64,000 nucleotides of DNA, from positions 1-64,000 of the IMG/VR virus record IMGVR_UViG_3300043778_000063; one strand, written 5' to 3'. Origin of the DNA: a virus. The translations under genes and the position numbers were made by a program. Below are positions 47,641-57,789 of this stretch, in pieces. The notes under the pieces were generated by a model. The model was not told where the DNA came from, ran no database searches, and saw nothing but the letters and a program-made list of their open reading frames with translations. The first letter of the stretch is position 1; every line of letters starts with the position of its first letter.

Positions 47641-48257
47641 TGCACCAATGAATTGCCGCTACTGTCCGTCAGGCCCTGAGTAACCGAGCTCGACGGCGTC
47701 GTCGGCGCCACGCTGCCGGTGTTCTGCTGGCCGGCCACCGCAGGCTGTTGCGTGTTCGAATAGGTCGACGTCGATGTGACCCGGATCTCGACGAACCAGA
47801 TGTCGATCACGATCAAGCCCACGCCATTCGTTGCCGTGCGCTTGAAATCGACATGCGTGATGTTGCAGCTCGAGAACGTATATTCGGGCGTCACCACGTC
47901 ATAGAGATCGAGCCCGTTCGCAGCACCGAGGACGGAATTCAGCAACGCCTCCCGATCGGATTCGGCACCCCCCGAGGCAACGCGAACTTTGACGTCAAAC
48001 GGCAACTGGACCTTGTCGTAAGACTGAAACCCGCCGTCCTCGACCTGATAGTCCGAGACCGGGAAATCCTGTTTGTAGTCGAAATCGACCACCGAGTTGT
48101 ATTCGAATGCCTGCTCACCATCCAGGAAGATGCCCCACGGTGACCCGAACGAGCCGCCAAATATCGCCGTCGCTACATCGGCCGCCAGCAGCACAATATC
48201 GCTCACGCTGTAGCTCGAGAGGTCCGGCACGCCGGGAAGTTGCGGCACATCTGCCAT
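47637..48257 (-). CDS. Dit-like tail tube initiator
   Basis: SDYQVEDG.F.SYDKV..P, YDVVTPE. Confidence 0.78.
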   Translation of the reverse strand: MADVPQLPGVPDLSSYSVSDIVLLAADVATAIFGGSFGSPWGIFLDGEQAFEYNSVVDFDYKQDFPVSDYQVEDGGFQSYDKVQLPFDVKVRVASGGAESDREALLNSVLGAANGLDLYDVVTPEYTFSSCNITHVDFKRTATNGVGLIVIDIWFVEIRVTSTSTYSNTQQPAVAGQQNTGSVAPTTPSSSVTQGLTDSSGNSLVQ

Positions 48258-48258
48258 A

Positions 48259-49731
48259 TCACACCAGCCCTGAATTTGCCGGAGACGTGATCGCCGAGCG
48301 CTTCATCGCCGGGCCGATCTCGCGCGCGATCCCGTCGGCATCGGTCGCGTTTGGCGCGTTGATGTGCATATTGTTGATATTGACCTCGGACGTGGATGTC
48401 GACGTGATGGTCGAGCCGCCGCCACGCGCTGCGGCCGCACCGCGGGCGCCCTGACTCGTCCCCTCGGCGCGGCGGATCGCATCGATCAGCCTGGGGTCCT
48501 GATTGTTGACGATGTCTGCGCCCCTGATCCCTAGAGTGCCGCCAACGGTCCCCTCCCATGCCTGACTGCCCTCAGCGTACCGGGCTGCGAACTGATCCAA
48601 CGTGAGGCCGCTATAGGACGTGCCGGTGACCAGCGCGACCTGGGCGGCGCCGCCGAGAGATGGCGTCGGAAAGATCGCAAAGCCGCGCTCATCCTGGCCT
48701 GTGGCGCCATGCGCCTGGGCGAAGGCGCCAAACTTGATGTTGCCAGGGTTGTTGTTGCGGTCACCGCGAGTCGTGCCGCCCGCTGGCGCGCCGCCGCCCG
48801 CCGCTCCGAACCGATCGTTGAACGATGCCCCTTCCCCTGATGATGATACGGCGGCTGGCGCCGGCGTGCGGCCAAGGAGCTTCCCCAGCCAACTGTCCGG
48901 CGAAATGAAGATGCCCCTGCTCAGTTCCTGGATGATCTGCTTCGTGCGATCGAGGAACTGAACTAGCGACGGCGTCAGTTTCACGACCAGCACGCGCTCA
49001 AGGCCCTCGGCCGAGATCGATAATTGGTTCAGGCTCTCCTGATATGCGATCGCCTCCGCCGCGCTTTCCTTCGTCGCGGTACCGGCCGCCTTGGCCGCAG
49101 CCTCCAACTTCTGAAGGTTGGAGAGCATCACGTTGATCATGTTCTGATTCATGCCGGGGACCCAAGACATTTCTGTCGCCGCCATACTCGGCGACATTCG
49201 ACCAGCGCTGATCTGTTCGGTGAAATAAGCCTGAAGTTGACGAAGAATCTGATCTGCGTTTTTTCCTTGCAATCCTCCTATTTGATTCAGCAGAAAACCA
49301 AACTTATTATCAACCATGCCATTCCCGACCACGACATTATTAATTGCCCCTTGCAGCGCCGACATCGTTGCCGTCGCTTCTTCGGCCGATCCACCGACCT
49401 GACGGATCATTCCCTGCCAGGTCGACAGGTTCTCGACGTTCGTGCCGATCGTCTTCGCCCACCGCCCAGTCGCGGCGTCCATATTGTTGAGGTGGTTGAT
49501 GATCGCGAGGCCTTCATACCCACCGATCGCGCCCGCCGCGCCGAGGAGCCCCTTTTTGATGGCCCCAAAGATCTCGGTGAATTTCAGGCCCTGCGCGTCG
49601 ATGTCCTTGCCGAATTCCTCGGCGCCATCGCGCGTTTTCTTGAACGCGGCGAGAGCATCCCGCTGACCCTCAGTGAATTTCCTCGGGTCGATTCCTAGTT
49701 CAATAATCAATTCATCAATAACGGTCATCAT
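48259..49731 (-). CDS. Tape measure protein with lysozyme-like C-terminal domain
   Basis: VIDELIIELG N-terminus, helical body, RNNNPGNI, FAIF. Confidence 0.8.
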   Translation of the reverse strand: MMTVIDELIIELGIDPRKFTEGQRDALAAFKKTRDGAEEFGKDIDAQGLKFTEIFGAIKKGLLGAAGAIGGYEGLAIINHLNNMDAATGRWAKTIGTNVENLSTWQGMIRQVGGSAEEATATMSALQGAINNVVVGNGMVDNKFGFLLNQIGGLQGKNADQILRQLQAYFTEQISAGRMSPSMAATEMSWVPGMNQNMINVMLSNLQKLEAAAKAAGTATKESAAEAIAYQESLNQLSISAEGLERVLVVKLTPSLVQFLDRTKQIIQELSRGIFISPDSWLGKLLGRTPAPAAVSSSGEGASFNDRFGAAGGGAPAGGTTRGDRNNNPGNIKFGAFAQAHGATGQDERGFAIFPTPSLGGAAQVALVTGTSYSGLTLDQFAARYAEGSQAWEGTVGGTLGIRGADIVNNQDPRLIDAIRRAEGTSQGARGAAAARGGGSTITSTSTSEVNINNMHINAPNATDADGIAREIGPAMKRSAITSPANSGLV

Positions 49732-49952
49732 GGAGCCATGTGGTTATAGACCCATGTCTTGTCACATGGCCGCCATTCTGGAAAATAATCGTCAAGATCC
49801 GGATCCTCTGGAACAGTATTGCCGTTCTCCAATAGGAAATAATCATCTGATCCTTGATGATTCTTCCAAGCTATAAATTTGGCCATCTTCCATTGGCCGG
49901 AAACCAGAATTTCGACCGATTGTCCGTGCGTTGGTTTTGTCGTGATCATCAT
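49728..49952 (-). CDS. Small AT-rich hypothetical protein
   Basis: Inserted between chaperone and TMP. Confidence 0.5.
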   Translation of the reverse strand: MMITTKPTHGQSVEILVSGQWKMAKFIAWKNHQGSDDYFLLENGNTVPEDPDLDDYFPEWRPCDKTWVYNHMAP

Positions 49953-49965
49953 GTGTCTCGCTACA

Positions 49966-50205
49966 TTATTCGTATTTTCTCAACTTTTGAAGGACTCGGT
50001 CATTGTATGCGTCCACCTGAATCACCTCAAGCAGATCATACATATCACGAAGGCTGAGCGTTTGCGTCAGCGGCCCGATCAGCGATTTGTCGTGAGAAAG
50101 CAGCATGCCGATCCGCGGCGGAACGTTCACGTACTCGCGGAGGCCGGGGACTTCGTCATAATCGAGGAGATCAAGGCCGACAGAGCGTCGGCCGGCGAAA
50201 AATTT
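49966..50205 (-). CDS. Tail assembly chaperone, frameshifted C-terminal part (gpT-like)
   Basis: -1 frame open from the slippery site; SLRDMYDLLEV...VDAYN. Confidence 0.65.
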   Translation of the reverse strand, partial: KFFAGRRSVGLDLLDYDEVPGLREYVNVPPRIGMLLSHDKSLIGPLTQTLSLRDMYDLLEVIQVDAYNDRVLQKLRKYE

Positions 50206-50603
50206 GTGTGAAGTTTTATCACCTCGCTTCTCAGCCAGAGGCGGGTTGCGACCTCCTCGATATCGTCGGGAGATGTGATCGGCTGCGAAACCTCCATGTT
50301 TTTCTTGTCCAGGATGATCCGGACGCATTCCAGCAGTTCGTTCAGCAGCGGGATCAGTTCGGCCGCTTCCATGCTGCCGCGCAAGAAGGTGTTGATCCCG
50401 AGGATCGCGATCCCCTCCATCCCGATGCCGGCCAGATCCATCGGAAGCGAGCCGGATGATTTGTTGAGCGCGAAGGTCATCCGGAGACCCCATTCCTCGG
50501 CGTGCGCGGCTGGCCACTCGGTGATGAGAAACAGCTTGCCGAGATCCCGGTTGCGGGTGCCGGGGAAACTCGGGACCGTTACCAATTGGCTCTGTCTCGC
50601 CAT
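50127..50603 (-). CDS. Tail assembly chaperone (gpG-like)
   Basis: RDLGKLFLITE.PA..AEEW, DIEEVAT...LR.E. Confidence 0.8.
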   Translation of the reverse strand: MARQSQLVTVPSFPGTRNRDLGKLFLITEWPAAHAEEWGLRMTFALNKSSGSLPMDLAGIGMEGIAILGINTFLRGSMEAAELIPLLNELLECVRIILDKKNMEVSQPITSPDDIEEVATRLWLRSEVIKLHTNFSPADALSALISSIMTKSPASAST

Positions 50604-50803
50604 CAGGACCTTCCGAGCTTGGGGTAATCGTCAGGTTGATCGGCGCCGGGCGCGCTGCGGACCTGCGGCATGTCTGCCGGCGTCAGGAACTCAACCCGGG
50701 CGATCGTCTGACCGTCGGCGGCGAACGTGACGGCCTTGACGTAGGGACATTGAATCAACGGATGATGCCACGCATCGCCGCAGCGCGGGCAAGCCTCGGT
50801 CAT
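50603..50803 (-). CDS. Small Zn-binding hypothetical protein
   Basis: CPRCG..HH...CPYVKA. Confidence 0.6.
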   Translation of the reverse strand: MTEACPRCGDAWHHPLIQCPYVKAVTFAADGQTIARVEFLTPADMPQVRSAPGADQPDDYPKLGRS

Positions 50804-51228
50804 GCCGGCGCGACCGCCATCGACTGGAAGATCATCTGGTAGCGGCGGGGCTGCATGACCTTTTTCGCCGACGGCGCCTTGTAGGAGCTCAGGAACCCTG
50901 CGTTCAGCGCGATCTTCGTCGATGTACCCGGAATTTTCACGGAGCCGAACAATTGATAGGTCGATTTGGTCGCCTGCTGCTGACCCCAGATCCGGTCGAA
51001 GATCGCGTTCGAGGCCGAATCCGCCTGCAGCACGATGTCCCACGGGATTTCGACGAAAACGAATCCGGCCGACAGAACGCCATCCACGCCCATCGTTGAT
51101 TCGATCGACTTGATCGCCGGAATGTCGAAGACGTCATCCGCCGCAAAGCCCTGGAGTTGCTGCGGCGTCGGGTAGAGCAGCGCCTGCGTCAGCGTCAGCA
51201 CGACATCGGATGCGGTGATCACGCCCAT
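50800..51228 (-). CDS. Tail tube protein
   Basis: LQGFAADD, MGVDG.LSAG, LQADS.S; follows the sheath. Confidence 0.85.
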   Translation of the reverse strand: MGVITASDVVLTLTQALLYPTPQQLQGFAADDVFDIPAIKSIESTMGVDGVLSAGFVFVEIPWDIVLQADSASNAIFDRIWGQQQATKSTYQLFGSVKIPGTSTKIALNAGFLSSYKAPSAKKVMQPRRYQMIFQSMAVAPA

Positions 51229-51240
51229 TTCAGATGCTCC

Positions 51241-53238
51241 TCATTGGATGGCGACGCTCGACAGGCTGATGCTTTGCGCTGAGCCCCTATCAAGGTACCA
51301 GAACGTGATTGCCCACGGTCCACGGTTCAGCCGAATGTTGGTCGCCTGCTGCAGGACCTGGAGGTAGTAGCCCTGAGCCTGCAGCGTGTCGGTGATGTTG
51401 AGGCTGGGATTGCCGGCGTTCGCTCCAGCCTGCGAGTTCACTGCGGCGATTTGTGCCGGAGAAATGGTGCCGGGCGCAAAGGCATTGAAATTGAGACCGG
51501 CCTGGATCGGCGAAGCCAGCGCGGCCTCGATGAGCGCCGCGCCGACCGTGTTGAACGGGATCGACAGCGAGTTGTTCATCAGGTTGAGCAGCGCGAGTTG
51601 CAGGTTGCTGTTCAGCCAGATCTGATTGACGTAACTGTCGGCCCAAAGGAATGATCCGGTGATGATCCCGCGCTGGAGCCACGTGAAATTGGCATTTCCG
51701 GAGCCGACGGCACCATAATAATTGTAGCCGTTGCCGCGGTCGCCGAGGACCTGCGGATTGCCACCGATATTGATCGCGGTCTGCCCGGATACGACATCGG
51801 AGACCAAGCCGGTCTGACTTCGGAAGGCGAAATCAGTTCGGCCATTGGTCTGGTTGAAATTGATCGACGCCGCGATTCCCATTACGAAAGCGGCTTGGTT
51901 GAGATCGGTGAGTTCGGAGATCAGGAACGTCCCGGAATCGCCATTGCCGGCTAGAATCTGCCCGAGCGTTTCCGATTGCGGCGGGTTCGACCGCACCAAC
52001 ACGTCGGTGTCGCCCGGCACGTACATGTAGCGGTTCGGGAACGTGTTTTTCCAAGCGGCAAAGGCTTGCTTGAGCGTGTTTCCGACGCCGCCATCCGGAT
52101 CCACCGTGGTCGTATAGGTGGCCCAGTTGGTGGTGATCGCGACCACGGCGTTCATGACACTAGCCGGCGTCGCCGCCGCGGCACCCTGCGAGAGGAACGC
52201 GCCGGTCGCCGAGGTCAGCAGCAGCGAGGCCGCCAGCGTCCCGGTGGCGAATGCCGAGGTCGAGGCGGCTCCGGTGATCCCCGAGGTGATCACGAACGCC
52301 CCGGACTGGGAATCGAACGTCACCAGGGGAGCAGTCGCGATCGCCGTCATGGCCTCGCTGGCGACCTGCTGTTGCGCACCGCTGAGCCGATAGGTTCCGA
52401 CGCCGCCTGCGGGCCCGGTGAGTTGCGCGGTGATCGTCGGCGCGCCCGTGACCCCGGCGCCGACCACGGTCTGGCCGACCACCAGCGACACGACGGATTC
52501 CACCGTGACATTGAGGACCGTGCTCGAGCCGACGCACGCCGCACCGGAGGCAGTGCCGCTCAGGCTGGTGACGTAGACGCCAGCCCCGCCCGTGGTCCCG
52601 GAGGTCTGGGAAACGATCGTGGTGTTCGCCGCGACGCCGGTTCCGGTGACGGTGTCGCCGATCGAAATCAGCCCGGTGACGGCCGTCGTCGTCATGTTGG
52701 TGCCGGCCTGTGTCGCCGTGAAGGTGGCGCCGATGGCCGCGGTAAAGGAGGCCTCCGTCGGATCGGTAAATGCCGCCTGGATCGCGGCAGCAGCGGCCGA
52801 GAAGCTGTTCGATGAGGCCAAACTGATCGACGCGATCGCGTGCGCGTAGCCGTCCATGACGATGTTGAGGGAACCGTTCAGGGCTTGCAGTTGCGCCAGC
52901 GTCAGGGCCGCACCGGCGTTGCCGCCCCACAGATACGCCGCGACGGCGGCGGCATTGTACTGCGCGAACAGCAGCGCGCCCGGCAGCGAATTGGAGTTGG
53001 TGAACCCGCCGAAATAGCCGGTCCCCTTGCCGCCGCCGCCGCCGGCCATCAGGGCTTCCTGGGAGGACGAGCCGAAGAACGCCGCGACCGCCGTGGCGCT
53101 CGCGAAGCTATAGACGGCCCCTAGAGGAACCCGGTTGCTGCCGGTCAGGATCAGGCCATTGAGACTGACGGCCTGGCCGACGGTCGAGAGGACGGATGGG
53201 ACGACGTTTACGAAGAGACTCGCAGGAATCGTCGTCAT
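51241..53238 (-). CDS. Tail sheath protein (DUF3383)
   Basis: IPAS..V.V.PSV, GYNYYG, WADSYVNQIWL, FWY.D.GS.Q. Confidence 0.9.
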   Translation of the reverse strand: MTTIPASLFVNVVPSVLSTVGQAVSLNGLILTGSNRVPLGAVYSFASATAVAAFFGSSSQEALMAGGGGGKGTGYFGGFTNSNSLPGALLFAQYNAAAVAAYLWGGNAGAALTLAQLQALNGSLNIVMDGYAHAIASISLASSNSFSAAAAAIQAAFTDPTEASFTAAIGATFTATQAGTNMTTTAVTGLISIGDTVTGTGVAANTTIVSQTSGTTGGAGVYVTSLSGTASGAACVGSSTVLNVTVESVVSLVVGQTVVGAGVTGAPTITAQLTGPAGGVGTYRLSGAQQQVASEAMTAIATAPLVTFDSQSGAFVITSGITGAASTSAFATGTLAASLLLTSATGAFLSQGAAAATPASVMNAVVAITTNWATYTTTVDPDGGVGNTLKQAFAAWKNTFPNRYMYVPGDTDVLVRSNPPQSETLGQILAGNGDSGTFLISELTDLNQAAFVMGIAASINFNQTNGRTDFAFRSQTGLVSDVVSGQTAINIGGNPQVLGDRGNGYNYYGAVGSGNANFTWLQRGIITGSFLWADSYVNQIWLNSNLQLALLNLMNNSLSIPFNTVGAALIEAALASPIQAGLNFNAFAPGTISPAQIAAVNSQAGANAGNPSLNITDTLQAQGYYLQVLQQATNIRLNRGPWAITFWYLDRGSAQSISLSSVAIQ

Positions 53239-53317
53239 TTTCGGGATCTCCGGGCGATAGTTCCCAATTCAGGTGCTGCGAGCGATAACACGATATGCCA
53301 GAATCCACAATTACGGA

Positions 53318-54067
53318 CTACGGAAGCGGATATTTCGCATCCACACTCACCGGGGTAAGGACGGCGCTGTCGGCGAAGGTTTGTGGGACAGAAATGACGA
53401 TATTCGACTGTAAAATGCATTCCGAGACCCAACGCCACTCGATTTGCGATTCCTCATTCAGGAACGGCATCTGGCGCGCATCATCGGCGTAGAGTGGCGC
53501 CACGCCGTAATAGGGCGATTGTCCCTGAAATTGCAGCACGGCGAATTCATCCCGGAACAGGGCGCTCACGGTCGCCGCCATATCGCCGGCCGAACTCAAA
53601 TCAGCACTATGGAAATCGAGTTGGATCGTGTGCTTGGTCGGCATCATGATTTGCTTGGTGCCGGTCGAGATGGTCAGCGGCCCAACGGTCTGGGGTGGGG
53701 ATACCGTATAGGTCCCGATCTGGCCAGTTCCGGTCAGGATCGCGCTCACCGAGGTCCCGGCCGTGATCCCGACGCCGAAGATGGTGCCGCCGACCCCGAT
53801 CTGCGCGTTCGGAAACTTGGGATTCACTGCGGTGATCGTCAAAGTCGTTCCGGCGATCGACCCCGTGAACACGCCATCGGCGTAGCCATCGACGTTCGTC
53901 TCAAGCCGCTCCTGGCGGATCTGCGTCATCACGACAAAATCGACCCCGGCAGGCTCAGGCACCCGGTTCTGCTGCGCTGGAACCACCACGACACCGGCCG
54001 GCAGGACCGATAGCAAAAAGCTCCGGAGTTGCGCGAAGACGTTCGACTGGGTTGGCGATGGTGTCAT
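53318..54067 (-). CDS. Tail terminator / neck protein
   Basis: [23 protein letters not shown]. Confidence 0.75.
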   Translation of the reverse strand: MTPSPTQSNVFAQLRSFLLSVLPAGVVVVPAQQNRVPEPAGVDFVVMTQIRQERLETNVDGYADGVFTGSIAGTTLTITAVNPKFPNAQIGVGGTIFGVGITAGTSVSAILTGTGQIGTYTVSPPQTVGPLTISTGTKQIMMPTKHTIQLDFHSADLSSAGDMAATVSALFRDEFAVLQFQGQSPYYGVAPLYADDARQMPFLNEESQIEWRWVSECILQSNIVISVPQTFADSAVLTPVSVDAKYPLP

Positions 54068-54108
54068 TTCTATCTTGGATAGGAGGAAGCGAGCATTTCA
54101 TTCCTGGG

Positions 54109-55428
54109 TCATGGACCAAATCCAGACGCAAATCCAGACGGGACAGGCTGTGTCAACTGAGAGGCCGAAAAGTTTGACGTTAGTTGGTCGCCCGTGGCCT
54201 CAATCATAGCTATCGGATATCGCTTTCCGGTACCTAGCGGACCCGTGCTTACTCCGCCAACTCCAGTGGACGGGTTAGCTGATCCGTTACCGTTCCAAGA
54301 TTGCGCCACGCCTGATCTAACTCGCCGAAACCAAGCCAAGTTAGCCGTAAAATCCTGACATTCCTGTATGATGTCGCCACCTGTCCACGTCGCCGCCGCT
54401 GCTAATGTCGTTCCGTTTATTTCTATCGCGCCAGTGTCGAAGTATCCGATGCTGTTATTGTCTCCGGTCCCTGGCTGGAACGCGCCATTGTATTCGTTGG
54501 CGGTATTGACCAATCCGACAATTAGAAGATTGTTGAAGGCGTCTGCCGAGATTTCCCAACAGTACTTTCCAGACGAGACGCCTGGGAACCCTCGCACTTG
54601 ACGATTTCCAAAACCGGATAAATTAGTGATAGTTCGATTGCCATTCGAAAGCACACCCGATGATGCGATATCGATCGGACTGAATGTCAAAGGCGCCTGA
54701 ATTTGGGTTCCAGGGTGCTTCATGACGCTGACTATTTGAGGCTCGGCAATCGTTGCTAAGGTATAATACCCGAGCGCCGTGAGGTGCACACAGTCCGATT
54801 GATAGTAGGTTGCGTTGCAAGCGCCAGCTTGCGTGGAAAACGCAGGGTTGGCAAAAAAATCCACGAGTGCGTCGGCACTAAGATCCGAGTTCCAATACGA
54901 TCTGATAAGCCCATTTAGGCTTATGATCGTCGGCATTTCCTGCGTCGTATCGTTGGAGTTATTTCTTGCAATCAAAGTGGCGATAGTTACACGCTGAAAT
55001 CCCGCCGCCCGCGCATCTGCGATAATGCTACGTAAGGTCACGTAGATCGCTGAGGCGCTGGTACCGCTGTTGACATCATTTGTCCCGGCGAACAGAATTT
55101 CAACATTAAGCGCCTTCGTCGCATCGAAATCGGAGACGTATTGCGATGGATAATTGGCTAAAATAGTCGCTGCGGTGATCCCGCTCACGCCATGGTTGAG
55201 CGTCGTGTAGGCGGGACCGTGAGGCAACAGGAACGAGACTTGATCTGGGTAATCGAATGGCGGCGAAACGAATAAACCCGCCGTTAAGCTGTCACCCACG
55301 TAAGTCAGTTTGACGCTCGATGGAAGCCCCGATCCACTCATGATAAGCAGACGACAGGCCCCGGTGCAGGCTCTGGTCTCCGACAGGAACGCCAGAGTTA
55401 CAAATAGGGCGATCAGAATTTTCCTCAT
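54109..55428 (-). CDS. SGNH/GDSL hydrolase plus SPRY-like domain, signal peptide
   Basis: GDSLT, GVSG, GTND, DCVH; SSGKYCWE. Confidence 0.8.
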   Translation of the reverse strand: MRKILIALFVTLAFLSETRACTGACRLLIMSGSGLPSSVKLTYVGDSLTAGLFVSPPFDYPDQVSFLLPHGPAYTTLNHGVSGITAATILANYPSQYVSDFDATKALNVEILFAGTNDVNSGTSASAIYVTLRSIIADARAAGFQRVTIATLIARNNSNDTTQEMPTIISLNGLIRSYWNSDLSADALVDFFANPAFSTQAGACNATYYQSDCVHLTALGYYTLATIAEPQIVSVMKHPGTQIQAPLTFSPIDIASSGVLSNGNRTITNLSGFGNRQVRGFPGVSSGKYCWEISADAFNNLLIVGLVNTANEYNGAFQPGTGDNNSIGYFDTGAIEINGTTLAAAATWTGGDIIQECQDFTANLAWFRRVRSGVAQSWNGNGSANPSTGVGGVSTGPLGTGKRYPIAMIEATGDQLTSNFSASQLTQPVPSGFASGFGP

Positions 55429-56276
55429 GGATCGCTCACATAGGGAGGTCGGTTTTTATATGGATTGTTCGCCGGAAGATTTGACCCGTTTTTCCCGTCA
55501 TACCAACTTTCCCACCCCTCCAGTTTAGCAACCTCGCTAGCCGTCAGAACCCTGTTGAAACAAAATGCTTGTTGGATGACGCCCGTGAATGGCGAGCCAC
55601 CATTCGAGTTTGCCCCGATAGCACCTCCGGCAGTTCCGGTGGCTGGCGTGCTCAGCGTTGCTGTTTGGGTGACCCCGTCTGCAGTGACGGATGCGGCCGT
55701 TCCATTCTGATTCCACACGATCATTCGATCAACCGAACTCCACCCGAAGGTTGTGAAAAAATCGCTCGTAAAGAGGCCGGCGTCGATCGTGCTGCCTGAA
55801 ACACGAAGCATTCTCCAACTAAGATTTGATCCATTGTAACCGTATCCAAACACGCCGACTGTGTTTGTCGTGGCATATGCTGCCAGAGCCAGCGATCCGG
55901 GGGACGCGCCGGAAGGAAACCCAGTTTGCGCAAACGAGAGAAATTGGCTCCCGTTGAAAGTAAGACCAGGTTTTCCGTTCCTGGCGGTAGTGCTATAACC
56001 GGGCTGAGCAGATCCAGTTACTTGCGTTGCCGCAATGCCAGATGCCTTATCAGACCATGATGAAACTGTCGTGCTGTTGAATATTATGCTTGGAAAATTC
56101 TGCGCGTCCCACCACGCTACGAGGGACGACCCAATGTTCAGCGGTGTCCACAGTTTATTGCCACTCATCAGCAACAACCGCCGCCCACTCTGCGCATCCG
56201 CCGATCCGAACCCAAGCGCCAGCAGCTCGGATACCGCCAGTGCGGCTACGACAGTGATGGAAGACCGCCGGCGCAT
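55425..56276 (-). CDS. LamG/concanavalin-like protein, signal peptide
   Basis: WTP....LVAWWDA, VSSWSDK, LP.N.PYK. Confidence 0.75.
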   Translation of the reverse strand: MRRRSSITVVAALAVSELLALGFGSADAQSGRRLLLMSGNKLWTPLNIGSSLVAWWDAQNFPSIIFNSTTVSSWSDKASGIAATQVTGSAQPGYSTTARNGKPGLTFNGSQFLSFAQTGFPSGASPGSLALAAYATTNTVGVFGYGYNGSNLSWRMLRVSGSTIDAGLFTSDFFTTFGWSSVDRMIVWNQNGTAASVTADGVTQTATLSTPATGTAGGAIGANSNGGSPFTGVIQQAFCFNRVLTASEVAKLEGWESWYDGKNGSNLPANNPYKNRPPYVSDP

Positions 56277-56277
56277 C

Positions 56278-56880
56278 TCAATTCTCTTTGTAGGTTCGCA
56301 GGAAATACGAATGCTTTTCGCTGGCGATCGGCGTGTAGGCGCCGATCTCTTCCATGGCATAGATGGTCGCTTGCGGTTCTTGCGATGGAATCGGCTGCAT
56401 GGTCGTCAGCATCAGACTCGAGCCGGAGCATTCCGAGAAATATTGCGCGGTGGCATCGTTCGTCGGCTGCCACGCCGAGCAGGTAAGATTCCCAAGATAG
56501 ATGTTGGCGGCGAGGTCGGCGGCGTAGGGGCCCACGTAGGCGCTACCATCGACGAGGCCTGTCGTGGTCGGCTTGGCAGAATAGAGCCACAACGTCGACG
56601 TCCCCGGCTTGTTGGTGCCGTTCGAATAGATGAGCGCCTTGATCGTGAGCGCCTGACCGGCGGGAACGCTGTTGAGAACGATCGGCGACGCCACGGCGCT
56701 GCCACTATTGTTCAGCGCGAATAGTTGATTCCCCGTGTATGGAGTCGTCCCGGCGAAGTGCGTCGTGCTCCCGAGCCCATTGTAGGCGGTCTGGGAAAAC
56801 GCTGCCGAGGCGAACATGATCAGCCCGAGGACGACGTAGGCGACGGTCAGCCACGTTTTCAACGTTGATTTCGGTTTCAT
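56278..56880 (-). CDS. Exported hypothetical protein
   Basis: Signal-like N-terminus; beta-rich. Confidence 0.65.
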   Translation of the reverse strand: MKPKSTLKTWLTVAYVVLGLIMFASAAFSQTAYNGLGSTTHFAGTTPYTGNQLFALNNSGSAVASPIVLNSVPAGQALTIKALIYSNGTNKPGTSTLWLYSAKPTTTGLVDGSAYVGPYAADLAANIYLGNLTCSAWQPTNDATAQYFSECSGSSLMLTTMQPIPSQEPQATIYAMEEIGAYTPIASEKHSYFLRTYKEN

Positions 56881-57788
56881 GTTTCGACTTCCGTTTTGCA
56901 GGGCGCGCTGTCCAAGGTCTTTGCGAGTCTTCGTTTCCGTTCTACGGCTTTGACCCAAGAAGCCCTGATCGTTATGCCTTCTGAGATTAAAACCCTACGA
57001 ATTTCTCTGCGGCCAGCTCCATATTTCCTGACAATGAAATCGACGCTTTTGCCATCTAAGTATTCGGATACGATCAATTTTGCATCTGTTATTATAGATT
57101 TAGCCCTACTGCCCAATGGGTGAATTTTTATCCCGGCACCAATCACAATATTACGTATCGCATCATCATGGGTATGATATATTTTCTTGAGGGTGGCAGT
57201 CCCCTTACCGGATGCATACAGTGCTATGATTTCTGATTTGATTTGATCCGAAGCGATATTTTCAAAACAATTGGACGGCTTCTTTCCTGTTCTTATGGCC
57301 GATATCTTAGTTCTGAATTCTGGCGAACGCTTTCCTGGACTGCCTTTTCCGCCGCGCTTCGCTGATGCAGCTTTTTCTCGGGCGGATGCTGACCATACGC
57401 GCTCCCGATTTGATTTGGCAGTTCTTTCCCGCTGATCTTTCGAAGGTGATCTTCTAGGGCTATTGGCTGACATTTTAGCCCTGGCTTCATCCGACTGTTT
57501 CGTGCCTAAACGGCTTCCGGCAATAAGGCATGAATTATAATTTGGCTTCAAAATATCGATAGCGCGCTGCTCAAACATCAATAAGTCTGATGGACGACAT
57601 ACCAAAAGTCGAATGAAGCTCAGATTCTCTAATCCATATTTGTTGCAAGCGCGTTGAAGTGCTCGGCTGTGATGAATGCCCCTCCGCAAATGGGATTTGT
57701 GCATGTACCATCGCATATTGAAATTGACCGCACTTCCGACGTAGAATCCGCCAGATGGTGATTTGATCTGGTAAATTCCAGAATTCAT
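56877..57788 (-). CDS. Free-standing GIY-YIG homing endonuclease with NUMOD3-like repeats
   Basis: SGIYQI...YVGSA...R...H, YN, S.EARAKMS; visibly lower GC. Confidence 0.9.
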   Translation of the reverse strand: MNSGIYQIKSPSGGFYVGSAVNFNMRWYMHKSHLRRGIHHSRALQRACNKYGLENLSFIRLLVCRPSDLLMFEQRAIDILKPNYNSCLIAGSRLGTKQSDEARAKMSANSPRRSPSKDQRERTAKSNRERVWSASAREKAASAKRGGKGSPGKRSPEFRTKISAIRTGKKPSNCFENIASDQIKSEIIALYASGKGTATLKKIYHTHDDAIRNIVIGAGIKIHPLGSRAKSIITDAKLIVSEYLDGKSVDFIVRKYGAGRREIRRVLISEGITIRASWVKAVERKRRLAKTLDSAPCKTEVET

Positions 57789-57789
57789 C

